DNA of 64,000 nt, from the NCBI GenBank assembly GCA_964035545.1, contig OZ037772.1, forward strand, positions 7,176,889 through 7,240,888. The letters are read 5' to 3'. Position numbers and translations under genes: made by a program. Source of the DNA: Bugula neritina (taxonomy: Eukaryota; Animalia; Bryozoa). The number at the start of each line of letters is the position of its first letter. Positions within the stretch are counted from its first letter, which is position 1. The notes beneath the pieces were generated by a model. That model made no database searches. It was given only the letters and a program-made list of their open reading frames with translations, and was not told the DNA's origin. Shown in pieces: positions 12,336 through 28,400 of the stretch.

Positions 12336-14139
12336 ATTTACCAAAAGAGCAGGAATTTATAGCTCTACCTTTCATACCCTGGGAGGAAACATCCACCGAT
12401 GGGTTGGGGCTCTTATTCAACTTACATTTTTCGTTGCCATCAACTGAACAGCCACCACCTGGTGTTCATGCCGTACAAGCTCCGACCACTATGGGCCACT
12501 TTGAATTACCTCAAGTACTGTTAAATAAATTGGCATGGATTACTCTACACACCATCGGCCCGATCAAAATAGTCAGTTTACCGAATGTCGGCGGACCTTC
12601 TCCACTATGAAAAAACTGAAAGTACACATTCCACAGCATTTCACAATTACATTTTGCCCCTGTGGTGTTTGAAGTTTTTATCGTGACTACGTTCTGAAGC
12701 ACCAGCGCACGACTGGATGTTATGTATCTATGAGTACACTTATCTCGAGTTCCGGGATCTTATTCTTTCCCACGTTCCATTGTCATCTCAGAGAGAATTT
12801 CTTCTTTGAGGCTTCCCCATTACTCGGCCAACCGTAGAAATTGGCTCTGACGATATAAATGCATCCCAGGATCCAGTCGGCTCTCCTCCATCCGTCACAG
12901 AGACTCATCCCTGTTATGTAGTAGCTGCTTGTCCCGACCAGAAAGCCTGCAACGTAACCATCAACGTGCCCCTTTCTTCTTCTTCTCCTTCCGTTCCTTC
13001 TTGTAAGAAGAGAGGAAAGACAGAAGCTACTCCTAATCCTATTAAAATTCAAGCTCAAATGGAGAAGTTACAACGATGCTTCCCGTTTTTGCAAGGAAAT
13101 ATGCCAAACAGCTTCAGAGCTTACCCGCCTACAGGAATTACTACGTAGTAGGCAGTCCGTCACTTAAAAAATTAATACTTACAATATATGATCGTACAGG
13201 GATGTCTTCTCCTCACTCCTGGCACAGTTAGTTTAAGGTCATTACTTTCCAGATTCAGGCACTGCTTTATGTTATATATAAACGGTTTCCAGGGGATAGC
13301 TCGAACAGTTTTTGTCTCACATTAATATTTTTACATGAAAAGATAGCTCTTGCATTCCTCTTTCATATACTTTTTTAATTTTTCAATAAAAAATTTTCTG
13401 AGAAAGTTGTTGCATAATAAGTAAAATTTTACACCCTCCATGTTCCACTGCTGTAGCACAGGGGATTCATTTTATAAAGTCTAAAAGTTAAACTTGACAT
13501 TCCTTGATATTTTTTCTCTAATATACTTTCTTTGTTTTTTGAAATTCTGTTCATGTTCTTCACAATTTGGTAAAAACATACACCATTTTTCAAGTTTCAC
13601 TGCAATTTTCTAAATTCTTCATATGGTGGTTCTAGCTACGCTCCTGTGACTAATTATAACATTCCTAGTACGTTTGCCGCTCTGCGCGCTATCACAATAA
13701 CATATAGTACCCTCTCGCACAAATTGGCAATCTATTGGATTTCTGCCAATATAATGTTCTCTTTTTTACATTAGCACTTAGCTGAATCATCTCACTATGT
13801 TACAATAATATATTGAAAATGCCTCAGCACAACATAATTCTTTGTTTGTTTGGCAGAGTTAATTTCAGCTAAATCACTTCACTTTACAGTCTTGTCAGTA
13901 AAGGTCTGTCTATAGTGCAGCAGGTGTACTTTCAGTTTCTCTAATTCACATATGATTATTTTAAGTACATTCTATTCTATAAGATCAATTTAAGGTTTAG
14001 CCCAGTGTTCAGTATCTAATTATTATGCATGTATGTTGTCTTACTGTTGAACAAAAGTTAAAAAGAACTTTACAATTATAGCCATATTTATTATACATAC
14101 GTAGGATTTGCATAATATGTTGACAAAAAAATTGCAACA

Positions 14140-14206
14140 TACTAGGATTGAACCATGACCAACCAACTCCTTGCCGAGGCCCTTAACCTCTGGACCACGC
14201 AGTCAT
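14140..14206 (-). mobile_element. Degenerate tRNA-like (SINE head) fragment
   Basis: Minus strand GCGTGGTCCAGAGGTTAAGG (A-box-like) ... GGTTCAATCC (B-box), with no intact cloverleaf. Confidence 0.45.
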
Positions 14207-15819
14207 CGTTAAAAAATAGCCAACTATATGAGTAACTATCAATACATAAATATTTTGCGCGCAAATGGGTTATTCCTTATAATTATTAGGCTGTCAATTC
14301 ATGTTGATTAGCAGTGAACTGTTGATAGCCCCTGGTTACTAGCAAAGCTAATGGTTTTGAACAAATAACCCAAAAGTTTAAAAATAAGTAGCTTGCGTAT
14401 TACTAGCTACAAAGACAGGTCTGAAATAGACTGGTAAAGCAAGTTCTTATTGTAGAGTTTGCAGATGTGCTCTAAAATAAAACTTAAACTGTATGCTATT
14501 ACATAAGTATTTGTATGCGAGGGATAAATCGACAATACTGAGTTTCTGGAAAACAACATACTTGAAGTTAACTTTGACAATGGTGTGTTATTTTCATCAT
14601 ACACTAGCACAGGTAGGGCCTATAGCATAAATATCTAATCATATGAATCTTTATGAAGCCCACAGCTCATGTAAGGGTGGCAAATGTAATTTGAAACTAA
14701 AAATTATGTTGCTGCATTGTGTCTAAGGTATATTAGAGAGCAGAATTTAATTTTACTAGCCTACCCCAACGGCATTCTACAATGCAGGTTATATGCTGGC
14801 AGTTGTAATAAGTACTGTCAATAGCAAGGTTACTATCACTGCTAGCTCTGTGCAGTATGTAACCTCTTGAATGATTGCGCCAATTTTAAACTCTTGGAAG
14901 TTGGCCAAGTTATCATATCGCAGCCAGCCACCGGAGACAAAGCATCAGAGCTATTCATATAATATTATACTGATGCACTTGGTAGCAGAGTGGCTAATCT
15001 AATATAGTTCATAGTTCAACACCCTTTACTTTGGGAATACAGCCTCTTTTTTTAGGTTTACCTAACAAAGCATGAAAATATCTAAACTGATATTCTGATA
15101 ATTTAGAGGTAAATTTTGAAAACTAGGTTAATTGCACTTGTTTGCACAACAACAATAATAAAATATATATTATGCAGTATAATAAAAACACACATAACAC
15201 TATATAATATATTATAATGATAATAATATAATATTATAAGTACCATTACTGCATTTTATAACTAGGATGGTTGCCAAAAAAATGTTTCACAAATTCTGTA
15301 ATTATACATCAAAAATAGAACTAGCTAGGCAGCAGGTTGGAATAGAGTCGATTCCTAAAACATGAAATTTTGATTTGACAATTGTTTTATTTAGGCCAAC
15401 CAACCTAGGAATACAAGATTGGGTTTTAGCTGGCAGTTTATAACATTTAGCTTTTGAGCCAGCAGCACTTGCACTTGTGAAGTATAAGCAAAGTTAGTGA
15501 AGCGAAACTAACAAGCACTGAACTACATTATATCGAGATACAATACTAATCAGGAGCGTATAAATTATGAAAAAAAATGTGGAAGGGAGACTATTTTTCA
15601 ACAAGCGATAACATATACATGAATTAGCTTTTGAAAAAATTAAAAAAGTATATTGGAGAACATAAGTTTCTTTATCTTTTCATATTTTTTTGTTCCTGCG
15701 ACATTCAGCCTGTTCAAGCTATCAGTGGAACATTGTTCATATAGAACGTAAAACAGCTGGCAAAGAGCCAGAAACTGAAAAACATAAGCTTTAACTAACT
15801 GTGTACTGCACCCACATTG

Positions 15820-18797
15820 TAATCGCTGGCGTCAGTTTCCAGGATGTATTTTTTAGCAAAATCAGGGTATGCAAAGATAGGTGTTTTTACCAGGCAATTA
15901 CCCTTGGGTCCACTGCCAGTGGGCCCCCATTGTGGTTAGCCAATTTAAGGGCTGCGCTATCTCCACGGGGTCTAGTATGTACTGCCGGTGGTACCTACTA
16001 GCCCCAGGAAAAGATGTAGTCCTGTGAGATACTGAGGGGTAGCCCAGTTTTCCACTGCCCGCACCTTATCGCAGTCGGGAGCTACACTGTCCCGGCCAAC
16101 AACGTAGCCCAGTTATTTCACCTCCAGCTGTAACAGAGCGCACTTGGAAAGTTTCAGTTTCAGACCGGCTCCTCGAAGCCTCTCGGAAACTTCTCACAAA
16201 TTGCTGAAGTTAGTCGTAAAGTCTGGGGAGATCATGATGATGTCATCAAGGTAGATGAGCAAGGTTTCTCAGTGCAGCTCACTGAGAACCTACTCCATGA
16301 GTCTTTAAAACACTGCCAGAGCTGAGGTGAACCCAAATGGTAACAGCTTCCATTTCCAGAGCCCATCACTGGTGATGAACTCGGCCTTGTCCTGAGCATC
16401 AGGACTGAGAGGCACCTGCACGTGCCCGCTCAGCAATTCTAGCGTACTGAAGTACTTGCTACCGGCCAGAGTGTCTAGCGACTCATCAATACAGGAAGGA
16501 ACATGTGTCCTGTATGGTAACGCTGTTCAACTTGTGGTAATCCACACAAAATTGCCAGCTCCCATGTGTCTTCCGTGGGCAGGCTCTATCAGGTCACGGT
16601 CGGGAAGGTTGTGGACTTACCGGCTCACCTCCTTCTCTCTCTCCCAGCCCAACCCGCAGCTAGCTTGCTGGATTGGGACCATTTTTGCAGCCAGAGGAAT
16701 TTCATGATGGATAGTCTTGGTCAAGCTCATGTCATGGTGCCCCCTGTTGAACACGTCTTTGTCCTCACTAAGTAACTGCAACATTATCAGGCGTTCCCTG
16801 TTATTCCCGCATTCCTCTCAAGGATAGCGTCTTCCTTGAGCTGGCTGACGATAAATGCCTTACTAATTGCCTAATATCGGATTCTACCAGCAAGCTTATT
16901 GATGCCAAAAAAAAATCAATGACCTGTCCGCCAACATGCCATAATTCCCAGGCCGCCTGGTCTTTTATGCTGAGTGTGTCAAAGAGTCGGCGTCTCAAAA
17001 GGTTCGTAGTACATCCTGAATTCAGCAAGATGGTAGCAGCTCTGCCCGCTATTTTGTCTAGCAAGAAATGGCTGCTGCCATAGAGTTGTATTTTAATTCT
17101 CTAAGCGCTCTCGACCTTTACATGTAACACTTCTGGAGCCTTGAGTTTGGGCGAGGCCTGCGTCCAACGGCTACGAGATGGTCTCAGAGGTTGCAGAGGC
17201 ACATTTGCAAACTTAGGAATCTGCCTTACCTCTTTATCAGACCACTTTTTTGCAGCCCGTTAATATGTTTCTGACGTGGCCAGGTTGAGTGGAGCAACAG
17301 GCCTGTCATACGGCTTGCCAGTCCTTTTTGGCACCTGCCATTTGATTGGGGGCGCTCTTGACATCCTTGGGGATTTTAAATAGCTTTCCCTTAACCAGTG
17401 ATTTACCTTTGGCCCGCGACTGGCAAATGAGGCTTTGGGCTGAGGTGGCTTAACTCCTGTTGCAAGAGTTACAGACACTCCCTGCGAAGACGTCTGCAAC
17501 TACCGCATTCTCAACATGCAGTACCTCATTTGATGGCAAAGTCTGCTTCGATCTCTTAAGTCTCTGAGCGGGCCAGCTTTTTAGAACTGTGCCAGTGCTA
17601 CCACTAAGTATTTTGATACCTCCAAAATGTAAGCTGGTTCAGCGGCTAAAGAAGGGCTTGCAGTGACGGCTATTTCAGTGGTCAGTTCAGACTCGGGTGG
17701 GTCCCGTAACTTCGTCCCAATCTGTTGAGAGCTCAAACGTCTCCTGTGTAACTGTTTACCTTGCAAATTAGCCTCACTTTGTTTTGCCTGTTTTTACCAG
17801 GAAATGGTGGTAGAATTTTAGGTCACCCAATGATTGCACAGTGACATCGTAGGTGTAACACTCCCGGTTTGTCGGTGACAATTCGCTATGTGCGGTTTGT
17901 GCCAACAGTTTGACTGTGGCTGCCTGCTCTTGCAAGGGTGTGCACGATTTGCGTCACAACCCTTGACAGCGAACCCTCGTGTCAATAGCTGATAGGCCAA
18001 ATTGGGCTCATAGGGCAGCAAAAATGCTTTGGACATCGATTCTCAACCACAGTTGCAAGAGTACAGCCCCAGGTGGCCACTTAAAGACAGTCACCAAGTA
18101 GCTAAACTCTTGAAGAAATTGTTCAAAATCTTCATTAACATTAGAGACGGGGCTTTCATAAAGTGTCTGTCACCAGATATTTTGCTGTCTGCCTCCTCAC
18201 CCGCAGTATCGGATTATTCTTACTCTCAAGAATTTTGGGCTCACCTTCAAAAGGGTTTGCAGCCTTTGTCGGTTTTGCGGGCTTCGACAGTTGTTCCGTT
18301 TCTTCACTGACAGCTTCTCTTTTGGCACTTTACTGTCCAGCTTTAGCCATCTATAATCCTTTTTCCAACCAGAGTAGTAGCAGTTGTATCTGCACACAAT
18401 TATCTCACCGCTGCTACCACTTTTCTAGTTTTGCAGAGCACTACCACTGTGGGTTATATTCGGTGTTTGCACTGCTAGAGCATAACCTTTATTCGAGGTT
18501 TGCTGGAGAGAACCGAGTAGTTGTTATGGTTGAAGGAATAGATATATTTGAAACACTAATTATAAAAGACTACATCAATGTGAAGAAATATATAAGACAG
18601 AGATTCAATATAGTAGTGAGCTCTATAACACGTCTAAAAACGTTTAATGAGTCAGGGCGTTTGTGAGGCCCGCCTTATAAGGGAAGTCTGTCTTTGGATT
18701 GGCTGGTATGTTCCGACGATGGGAACCCTGTGCACCTACTGCAGAGAGTGCGGTATTTTACAACGTTAGCCCGAGCATTACAAAGGGAATGTTATAA
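15820..18797 (-). mobile_element. Decayed Ty3/Gypsy element D (LTR-PBS-gag-protease-RT)
   Basis: Minus-strand RT motif LIYLDDIII at about 16235-16260, protease region 16820-17080 (AATILLNSGCTTNLL), PBS at 18402-18419, and probable LTR at about 18448-18797 with TATA and CCAAT motifs. LTR ends are approximate. Confidence 0.85.
18402..18419 (-). promoter_or_regulatory. tRNA-Leu primer binding site of element D
   Basis: The minus strand reads TGGTAGCAGCGGTGAGAT, matching the PBS of element B. Confidence 0.7.
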
Positions 18798-19301
18798 TAC
18801 CTATATGACTATAATTTACACTTAAGCTTTGCGTGTAAGTGTTTATGTGTCTGATGAATGAAGAGGCATACATGTCCTATGCCATTACAATACTAGAGTT
18901 ATGGGAAGTAGTCATGTGCTGCTGTAGTTAGGATATAGTTATACTAGCAGAGTAGCAAGTAGAGCAGTAAACAGAATGAAGTTTCATTTCATTCTCCCAA
19001 TCATTTTATGGCCTTTGTATTATGTAACGTGATTATATTACAATGCACTCTGACATTAAAATAGGTCGAACTTGTATATATACAGAAACTACATTACTGT
19101 TGACCTTACAATATTGGCAGTGGATAGGGTCACCAGTTTTTCAAACACTGCTTTTTAGTATCTATAACTAATTTCCCCGGATCTTAGTTATAATACTTGT
19201 TTCGTTGCAAAAAAACAACTAAGTTAAACATATTAACTGGTTAACAATATATCTAAATCTCTCTGAGTGTAAGCTGCAGAATATGGTATGAGAAAGAGAA
19301 T

Positions 19302-19474
<173 letters not shown>

Positions 19475-19905
19475 ATACAGAGAGATAGGGAGAAAGAAGC
19501 CACATGTGTACATGTTAGCACAGACAGACACACAGTGACTATTTTCAAACTGTATATAGACTCCAGAGTAAGCTATTGACACTGTGAATAAAATATGGTT
19601 TCTACTCACCTTTGTATGCAATGATGCAGTAGCTATAGTAGGTGGTTATACTGGAACAGTAAGTGGTGGACTGATGCAGTGGGTAGTTAGTAGTTGGTTA
19701 TAATATTGCGGTAAGCAGTTAAGTGAGCGGAGGGCAGGGGGAGTAACAGGAAGTTTCATTTTGTCAGTTTTATAGCCTTTGTTCTTATCATAATTATGTA
19801 ATAACAGTGTGCTACAACATAACCTCTGATTACAAAGGAATTTCAAGTGTGGGAGTTCCTTAGGTTAAACATGCATCTAAACTGAGTATGCATAAAATAA
19901 TATTA

Positions 19906-20850
<945 letters not shown>

Positions 20851-20889
20851 CTTTATACTGAACCCATTGCAAATGATAGCAGAAGAAGT

Positions 20890-23500
20890 TACCTATAGTC
20901 ACCAGTTTTATGACATAGTATTTACTTACTTTGCTCTAGCAACACTGATTAACCTCCGTATCATTATTGTAATCTGGTAGAATTACTGCCTTAAGTTGGA
21001 GATGAGAAAATCATGTTGTTCAACTGCTTAGCACTAAAACTCAGGCGATGCTAAGCAATACTACAGAATGTTTTATTATCAATAATATAAAGAGGATGCA
21101 AATATGGCTACAACAAACAAAGGGAACTAGGGCTATACTTTAAAACTATAATTATAGTAAAATTACACAAACGACTGGGTGAAAAGAACAAATTAAAGCC
21201 AGTTACTGAATGCGAGTTGAAACTATTACAAACTAACACGACAGTGTAGATACTACTCTCTAATAAAAAGTGGTTAGAAATATGTCTCTATTATTTAAGT
21301 TGCCTTTATACCTTCACGATTTCAGTCAGAAATACAATTTGGCCGAGTTGAAATTTCTCAGAGTTGCATTGCATTGTAAAAGCCACTCGTAAAATTTTTG
21401 TACTGTGATAATGTAATCGGTCATTTTCAGAATAATACTCAAAAGGAGTAATAACCTTTTGTAAACGTTGTTATTTATTTGTGACTTTGGCAATATGATG
21501 ACATACTCATATGTTAATAATTATATTGCCTACGCTTTCTCAGGTATTGCTTTTATGCTGTCAACTTCCCCAATTCACAATGTTTACAAAGGGCATCAAA
21601 TAGCGATTAGCCGAGTTAGATCTCAATTTTAGAAAGTGTGCATCCGCATGGATATGATTTTAATGATTTCCAGTTTGACTATAAAGGGGTACCAGGACAA
21701 ACATTATTAATTGAAACTTAGCACTTTTTTTCAGCAGAGGTATATAAACGCAACTTTACACATTCTGAAATCTTCTAGTGATTTCGACGCAAACGTGACA
21801 GCCATATAGTAAAATTCATGTATTGCAAAAACATGAAATGATAAGCAAATTTCAGGAAAGACTAACCTCCAGGCTTGAGTCCTAACAAGAGTGCTTGTTA
21901 TGCAATAAAACATTTTAGAGCACACTCAAAACCAATTACCTTATCTTCAAAGATCTAGATAACAAGACACTATAGAATTTCTGCAAAAGCAAATAGTTCA
22001 CCACAAATTCATTTCAACTCAGCATTACTTTGAGTAGCCCTTATACTTGCTATATCTAGAAAATCATCTCAAAGTGGGTGTCAGAGAATTGACCAATCCT
22101 GGTGCTTGTAGCATAAGTAAACCAATTGTACAAGTTCATAAGATTCTATACTAGGTATAATTGCTGCGCATTAGATTTAGAGCATGTGCTACAAATGCTA
22201 TTTATAGCAGTCTTTCATAGTTTCTGCATTGTATTTAGTTATAGCTGAGTGTTTTATTTCAATCCCAAAATGAAAAGGTTGTTTTACTAATGACTGCAAG
22301 AAAGTTGCTTTGAAATTTTTGAAAAACACGGCATAAAGTTCTTGGTACATGATAGTAGGTCATACAGAGTTGTTTATGAAATGTAGGGAAGATATTGTTA
22401 ACAAAATTAGAACATTTCTACACTTTATATCATATTTTTGCTGAAGTTTTGCCAACCCCGAAAAATACTCATGCAAAATTATGGCAGTCTTCGTACCCTT
22501 TTTTTTACAGAAAGTTGGTATAAAATGTTTTGTGGAACATATTTCCAATAACTTTTTTATTTATAGGAGACAAAAATGGCGTTGTCTAGATATATTTTTT
22601 ATGAAATTAGTGTTCAAATAATTAAATGAATTGAATAGATTTTTAGCAAACAACATAACAATATTATCCGTTTACTAATATTTATCACAATCAAATTTTG
22701 AATGTTTGTACATCTTTCTAGGACATAAGGAAAACTCATTTGGGTTTAGGAGAGTCTAATTAAAACAGAGGAAAACAATTCTGATAGCAGAATAAATTGT
22801 CCATAATCAAAAATTGTATGATATATAGTATTTACTTTGGTATAGCAATACTGTTTAACACTGTATCAGTATGCTAATATGAAATGACAAAATTAGCAAA
22901 TTTACAGTTTCAGAGTACAAAAACAGGTTACTTTATAACTGTTTGGTGCTAGATCCTATAGGGATATTTAGCAATACTCTGTCATGTTTAGTCATCAATA
23001 TAATAAATATTATATACTATGGCTACACTGAACAATTTTAGCAAGAACTGTATATATGTTAAAATAACTTTCATGTTAAAACCACAGAAAAGACTGTATG
23101 GGTAAGAGTAACTAAATAAAACAAGTTACTGCATATGCATATGTTGCAGCCATAACATTTTAGCATTGCAAATATATTATGATAAGTAAATTCCAGAGCA
23201 CAGTTACTTTTATGCTCAAGTACGTATGAGTGTGCTTGATGGGTAATAAAACATTTTAGAGCATCCTAGTAACCAATTATCTTATCTTCAAAGCGCTACG
23301 TGACAATGCAGTGTTTCATTCTAACAAAGACAATAATTTCACTATACATTCATTTCAACTTAGCCTTACTTTGAGTAGCCATTACTTGCTACATCCAGGA
23401 AAGCATCTCAATGTAGGTGTCAAAGGACTGACTAATCCTGGTGTATAATTGTACTGCAAGCCATTACATTTTCAAGTTCATAAGATTGTATACTGGATTG
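20890..23500 (-). pseudogene. Decayed partial duplicate of the PLPP6-like 3' end (3' UTR, last exon, intron 4)
   Basis: 21018-21139 aligns by eye with 43927-44041 (e.g. ATGGCTACAACAAACAA-GGGAAC-A-GGCTATA), and 20892-20955 with 43808-43866. Segments 21903-22160 and 23244-23497 are mutual copies that also match about 44430-44530. The pseudo-exon is frameshifted. Confidence 0.7.
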
Positions 23501-24589
23501 TGGTGCATTACAAGTGTATTACAGCAAACTTCTGTTCTTCTGGAAAGTTGTAAGCTGAGTGTCCACTTTTAATCTCAAAAATGGTTGTTAGATTACTGAC
23601 AGCAGAGAAATATCTTAACTGTGTTTGAGAGACGTTTATGTTGTCAATAGTAGCTACATTAGAATTTTTTTGTTTAGTCTTGAATATTACTTGGATAAAT
23701 ATTTTAAAATTTATATTTGAAATATCATATAAAACTTTATCTGTAGTGCTATAACTGCTTTTTATAGTTTATTTTTGTAATATTTGCTCATAGTTTTTGA
23801 ACCATGACATCATTAAACCACACAAAATAATAAATTTCAATATTCATATTATACCACATTGATTAGAAAACAATATATCTGCCAACATTGTCAGCTGAGA
23901 GGTGAAAATAGATGATTTAATAACACTGGTTTACAAATTTTTTTTTCTAAATCTTGCATACATTTCATGCTATATCATATAGCAACAGTCCTACAGAGTT
24001 GTTGACAAAATGATGGAACAACTTTGTTGGCAACGTTTCTAAAAACATTGTTTGATATCTATAACATATTATGTCTACACTTTATAGTATATTGATGTTG
24101 GCTCATAACAATTTATACCGGCAGCACTACACACTTATGCAGCATTATGCAAATATTTATTTTTTGTGCTTAAATAATGTTGGTAGGACATTTTATAAAA
24201 CATCAATTTTCAAATATTGGGGAGACAATATGATGGCGTCTGTAATTGAATACTGCAGCTACGTTAGTGTCAACAACTATGAAGCAATATTTAAACATGT
24301 CCTCTATGTTTTTCTTCAATTCTTTTTACAATACTTAAGTTATAAAAATGCATTTTGCATCACTATTAGCAAACTTTAATCAATATCAAAAAACATTTTA
24401 ATGTTTATAATTTTCCAGTCTTTTAAAAATTGTAAATGGGTCATTTTACTTAATTTAGTACACACTCAAAATTTCCAGTTTTAGCTATTTTCCCAATTTA
24501 GCTGCTAATATATATGAGTTTTCGCTTAAAACTAAAAGCATATCAATAAATACATTTAAACAGTCAAGGTTATTTTTTCGTAACGGTCG

Positions 24590-24707
24590 AGTTAGATATT
24601 CTTATTTCTAAACAAGAAGACACTTTCCAACTTTCTGGTAACCTTGGATACTGCAAATCATGCATGGCCCATATCACCCGGGTGGTTCATATCACCCAGG
24701 TTTCCCC
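24590..24707 (-). mobile_element. End of a second copy of the GGGGAAACC-TIR MITE family, abutting (TA)n
   Basis: Reverse complement of 34009-34128. Ends ...CATATCACCCAGGTTTCCCC|TA and is followed by the TA tract 24718-24785. Confidence 0.8.
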
Positions 24708-24715
24708 TACATATA

Positions 24716-24788
<73 letters not shown>

Positions 24789-24974
24789 AAATGAGTGTTT
24801 ATAAAACGTTACTAGAGTGCTCTATAGAAATAAATCTAGAGCATAAACATTAGAAGAAATAAAATGAGATTTGATTAATATAATGGCATTTATTACTAGT
24901 AGTTTCGTACACAAAAACAATCTGCACTCGTCAGATAAATTTGCCACTATGATTGCTTACAACTATAAAATCAT

Positions 24975-25450
24975 GTTTGTTTGTTTGTTTGTTTGGTTTA
25001 TTTCATCAAAGGTATTTAATAACACAAGGACATTAGAAAATGCCAAGGAGGCGATGATGAGGCCCATTGCGCTATAGCCTAGCTAGTCATGCGCGGGCCA
25101 ACACGAGCTGACAGCGACTCTATCCAGAAAAATACAAAAAAAATACAACTATTCTAACAGATAAAGCCTCAACTTCCTCCCAAATTCATTAGGGTTGCTA
25201 ATTGACCGTAAAGGGATTGGCAGTTCATTCCATAGTGCCACCTCCTGATAACAGTTTCTTCTGTGACCTGCTGCTGTTTGAGAGTGAGGAAGGGGGAGAT
25301 TTATGAATGATTGACGTGTATTGATAGAGTGAGTGGGAAAAAAATTGTCAGAGTAGAAAAAAGAATGAGCTTTCTTTAACACTTTAAAACGGTAAATCTG
25401 GTATATTGAGAGAACTTTATGCTTAGTAAATATGCTGTATAAGCTATTGA
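24975..25450 (-). mobile_element. 5'-truncated L2/CR1-type LINE 3' end
   Basis: ORF2 C-terminal signature ...LWNELPIPLRSISNPNEFGRKLRLYL* (ORF 25149-25382), then a 3' UTR, AATAAA and an (AAAC)n tail at about 24975-24996. Confidence 0.75.
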
Positions 25451-28400
25451 AACTTTTTGTGGGCCAGAAATGCAGCAGTTACACTACAAATTACTCTTTA
25501 ATTGCAATAGCTTCAAAAGAAATATATTAGCAAGCTTCTGAATGTGCCTCGATTTTTTTTCAATCTTCAGCAGTAACTTTTATAGATTTAATGTTAACAA
25601 TTAGTGGTATAATATACAAGCTTCTTCAAAACTGCTCCCATCTCTTAGCAATTGGGCATTTTGTTTGCATGAGCAGACGTTTCAGAACTCGTCTCTGTTA
25701 CCGCTTTTACGTACTTTTTATTTAATCTTGTACTGGTAAACTACATTTTCTTACTGGCCTTACCTGGCATAAATATATTGACAATTCAAATATTCGCAAT
25801 CAACAATTTGTAAGCTAAGATAGCAGTTTATGCACAATCGCATTATAATTATATGCAACTGGTTTATCTCTCTTTTTGTCCTAATGCTAGAGAGACAAAT
25901 TTAACATAATATTTATGACAAGCACCAGATTTTTTCCTATTTTTTTTTGTTTGGGTATCAGTCTACTACTAGCATTACGACATAGCCTTGTAAACTAAGA
26001 CAAGTAGACAACTTTCCTTCTACAATGTGTAAGTCATCTTCCATTGAAATACAGAATGTTTAATGCATGCTTTATAAACATCAGCAAGACTTTCCTGGTA
26101 CTTTATAGTAATATATTATTAAACTTTTCTTTCAATTATTTTCCAAAACTATTGTGTGTAACACAATGCTACTTTAAATCTTAATTAAACAACTTGGCTA
26201 TATAATTACAGGTTATTAACTAAAGCTTGCCAATTTTCACAAAAGCTAAACTTCAGAATAAGCAATTTTGGCTTGCTTTGTTGATAGCCTACCATGATAG
26301 AGAGCAATCTAGTAAGTTGAGTATTGGGTAAATGTTTCAATTTGTTTTAAGTTTCATCAACAGCTCTTTCAGTAGCTCTTTTCACAAATTGATAGAACAA
26401 AATAATGCAAAATATTGAGGTAGAGATACAAACTGAACAACAATGTATGGTGCTACCATTAAACACGTTTTTACTTTGAGAATATTTTAAAATTGATTTA
26501 TCTTGTAAGAGCAAAATGTAACAGGTATCTAGTCATAAAAAGCAATTTGAATCCTCTGTCTGCAAGCCAGAGTATGGCAAGTAAAGCACCCTGGACTATC
26601 AATAGGTTACAAGTGCTAGATGGTGCTAGATAGTGCTATGCTAGTTCTTCATTTTTAAAGCCTAGGGCCTAGGCCCTAGAGTAAATAGAACAGCCTACAA
26701 ACTAATAAATAATTAAGTAACTGACTGAATGGATAGAACAAACACTGCTACACTGCAGAAAAGCTTCAAGTGAAACTATTAGAAACAATATAACAGTTGT
26801 TCTTTCCACAACTGAAATGTTAATTTAACTAAAGAAAACTTTTTTTGATATAAAATACAAAATTATACAACTTTTCATGATTTATTCTGTACTTTATGAT
26901 TAGTTTTACAAAATAAATGGCTTGCTCTATGTTTTCTTATTCAGCCAGAGCTGCACGGCAACATCGAACAGTTTTACAAAATGCAATTTATCTTCGTTAA
27001 AAAGATTTCTTGCTGGTATGGAGTTTCAGCAAGTTGAAAAAATGTGTTTAAAGTTTACATTAGTTAGGTATAATATTAATTCTTTGGGTAATTGCCAGCA
27101 AAATTGCTTCAAACTTCATGTCCTATGTTATACTTATTGTAGTTGTTGTTGTCTTTATGTAGCCCTTTGTGTATCTCTATAAGGTTGGAGCCTGTTATTA
27201 GCTTTATAATGAACGCCATTACCTCTAAAATTACTTAGACCATGTAAAAGTCAGCCAATCAGCAAAGTGTACCAGGTCAACACCCCACTATTATAGCTTA
27301 TATAAAATTCTGCAAGTTCAGTTGCAAAATGCATGCTTCTAGAAAGCAGTTGTGCAACTTTTTTCAAGTGCATTACTTTATTTCATATCTTAAATTTATG
27401 ACACTCTGATGTATCTTCAAAACATCTAAAGTAAGTGTGTATAGAATGCAATTAAAAATTGTATGTCTAAATGACTTGGTACACTTTTGCAGCTGAAGGC
27501 CAGTTGTTACATAACTCTTAGCTTTATTTGTTCTCTATTATACTAGTATGAACTCTTGTTCTCCAATATACCAGCTTTTGGTAAAATAATGCAGCTAGAA
27601 AAAGTATTGTTAGCGCAATGGGTGAATATCAAAATCTAAACTTCTTGCTAGTCATATAATTTGACTACCAACAAAAAGAGTAAGACTGTATAAATAGTTT
27701 TCAATAATATGTGTTAACAACTTTGAATTCATCATCTCTACTGATTCCCATTAGATTTATTGTGAATGAAACTTGGTGTAGGGCCTATCGTATATTCTAC
27801 AGGGTCTAATATTTAGTAGCAAAGGTAAGCTGCAAGCATTTCTTAATATTTCCTATTATAAAAGTTCGTGTTGTAGTGACAGCAGACAAGATTTCAGCTA
27901 TTATGCTCGCAGTCAGTTGAAAAAGGTCTCTCATAGAGGCTATAAACTCTGCGTGTACTGAGATAACACAAAACCAAGAAAAATAGAACAGCTAGCTTGA
28001 AATTTTTTCTTTATTGTACAGTATTTGAGGGTAAACTTCTTCAAAAGAATTTATAAATATGAGAGTGCTTTTGAAGTTGCAGCCAAATAGGCTAATTATA
28101 GGATTTCTGTAAAAGGTTCAAACTAAGGTACCCCTCTTGGCAGCCAATTTTAGTAAATTAAATACTTCTAAGCTTACCTAAGTTTCCTGATTAAAATTAT
28201 TATGAAGATGAAAAGAAACTAGGCCCAAAACTACAGGGGGTCTATTATCTTTTGCATAATTGTAGGGATGCGTCTCCCTCTATAGACCTTAGTAGAAGTA
28301 ATTGCAGGAACAGATAATTTTCTCTGTTACTAGCAGTATATGTATATGAGAAATTTTGTCAAAGCTGCTATTCTGACACTGGAAAGTTACATTTCAGCTA

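Noticed and set aside
12335-13160. Additional retroelement fragment after element C
   Set aside because: The composition suggests TE origin but I found no diagnostic motif, so it is left uncalled.
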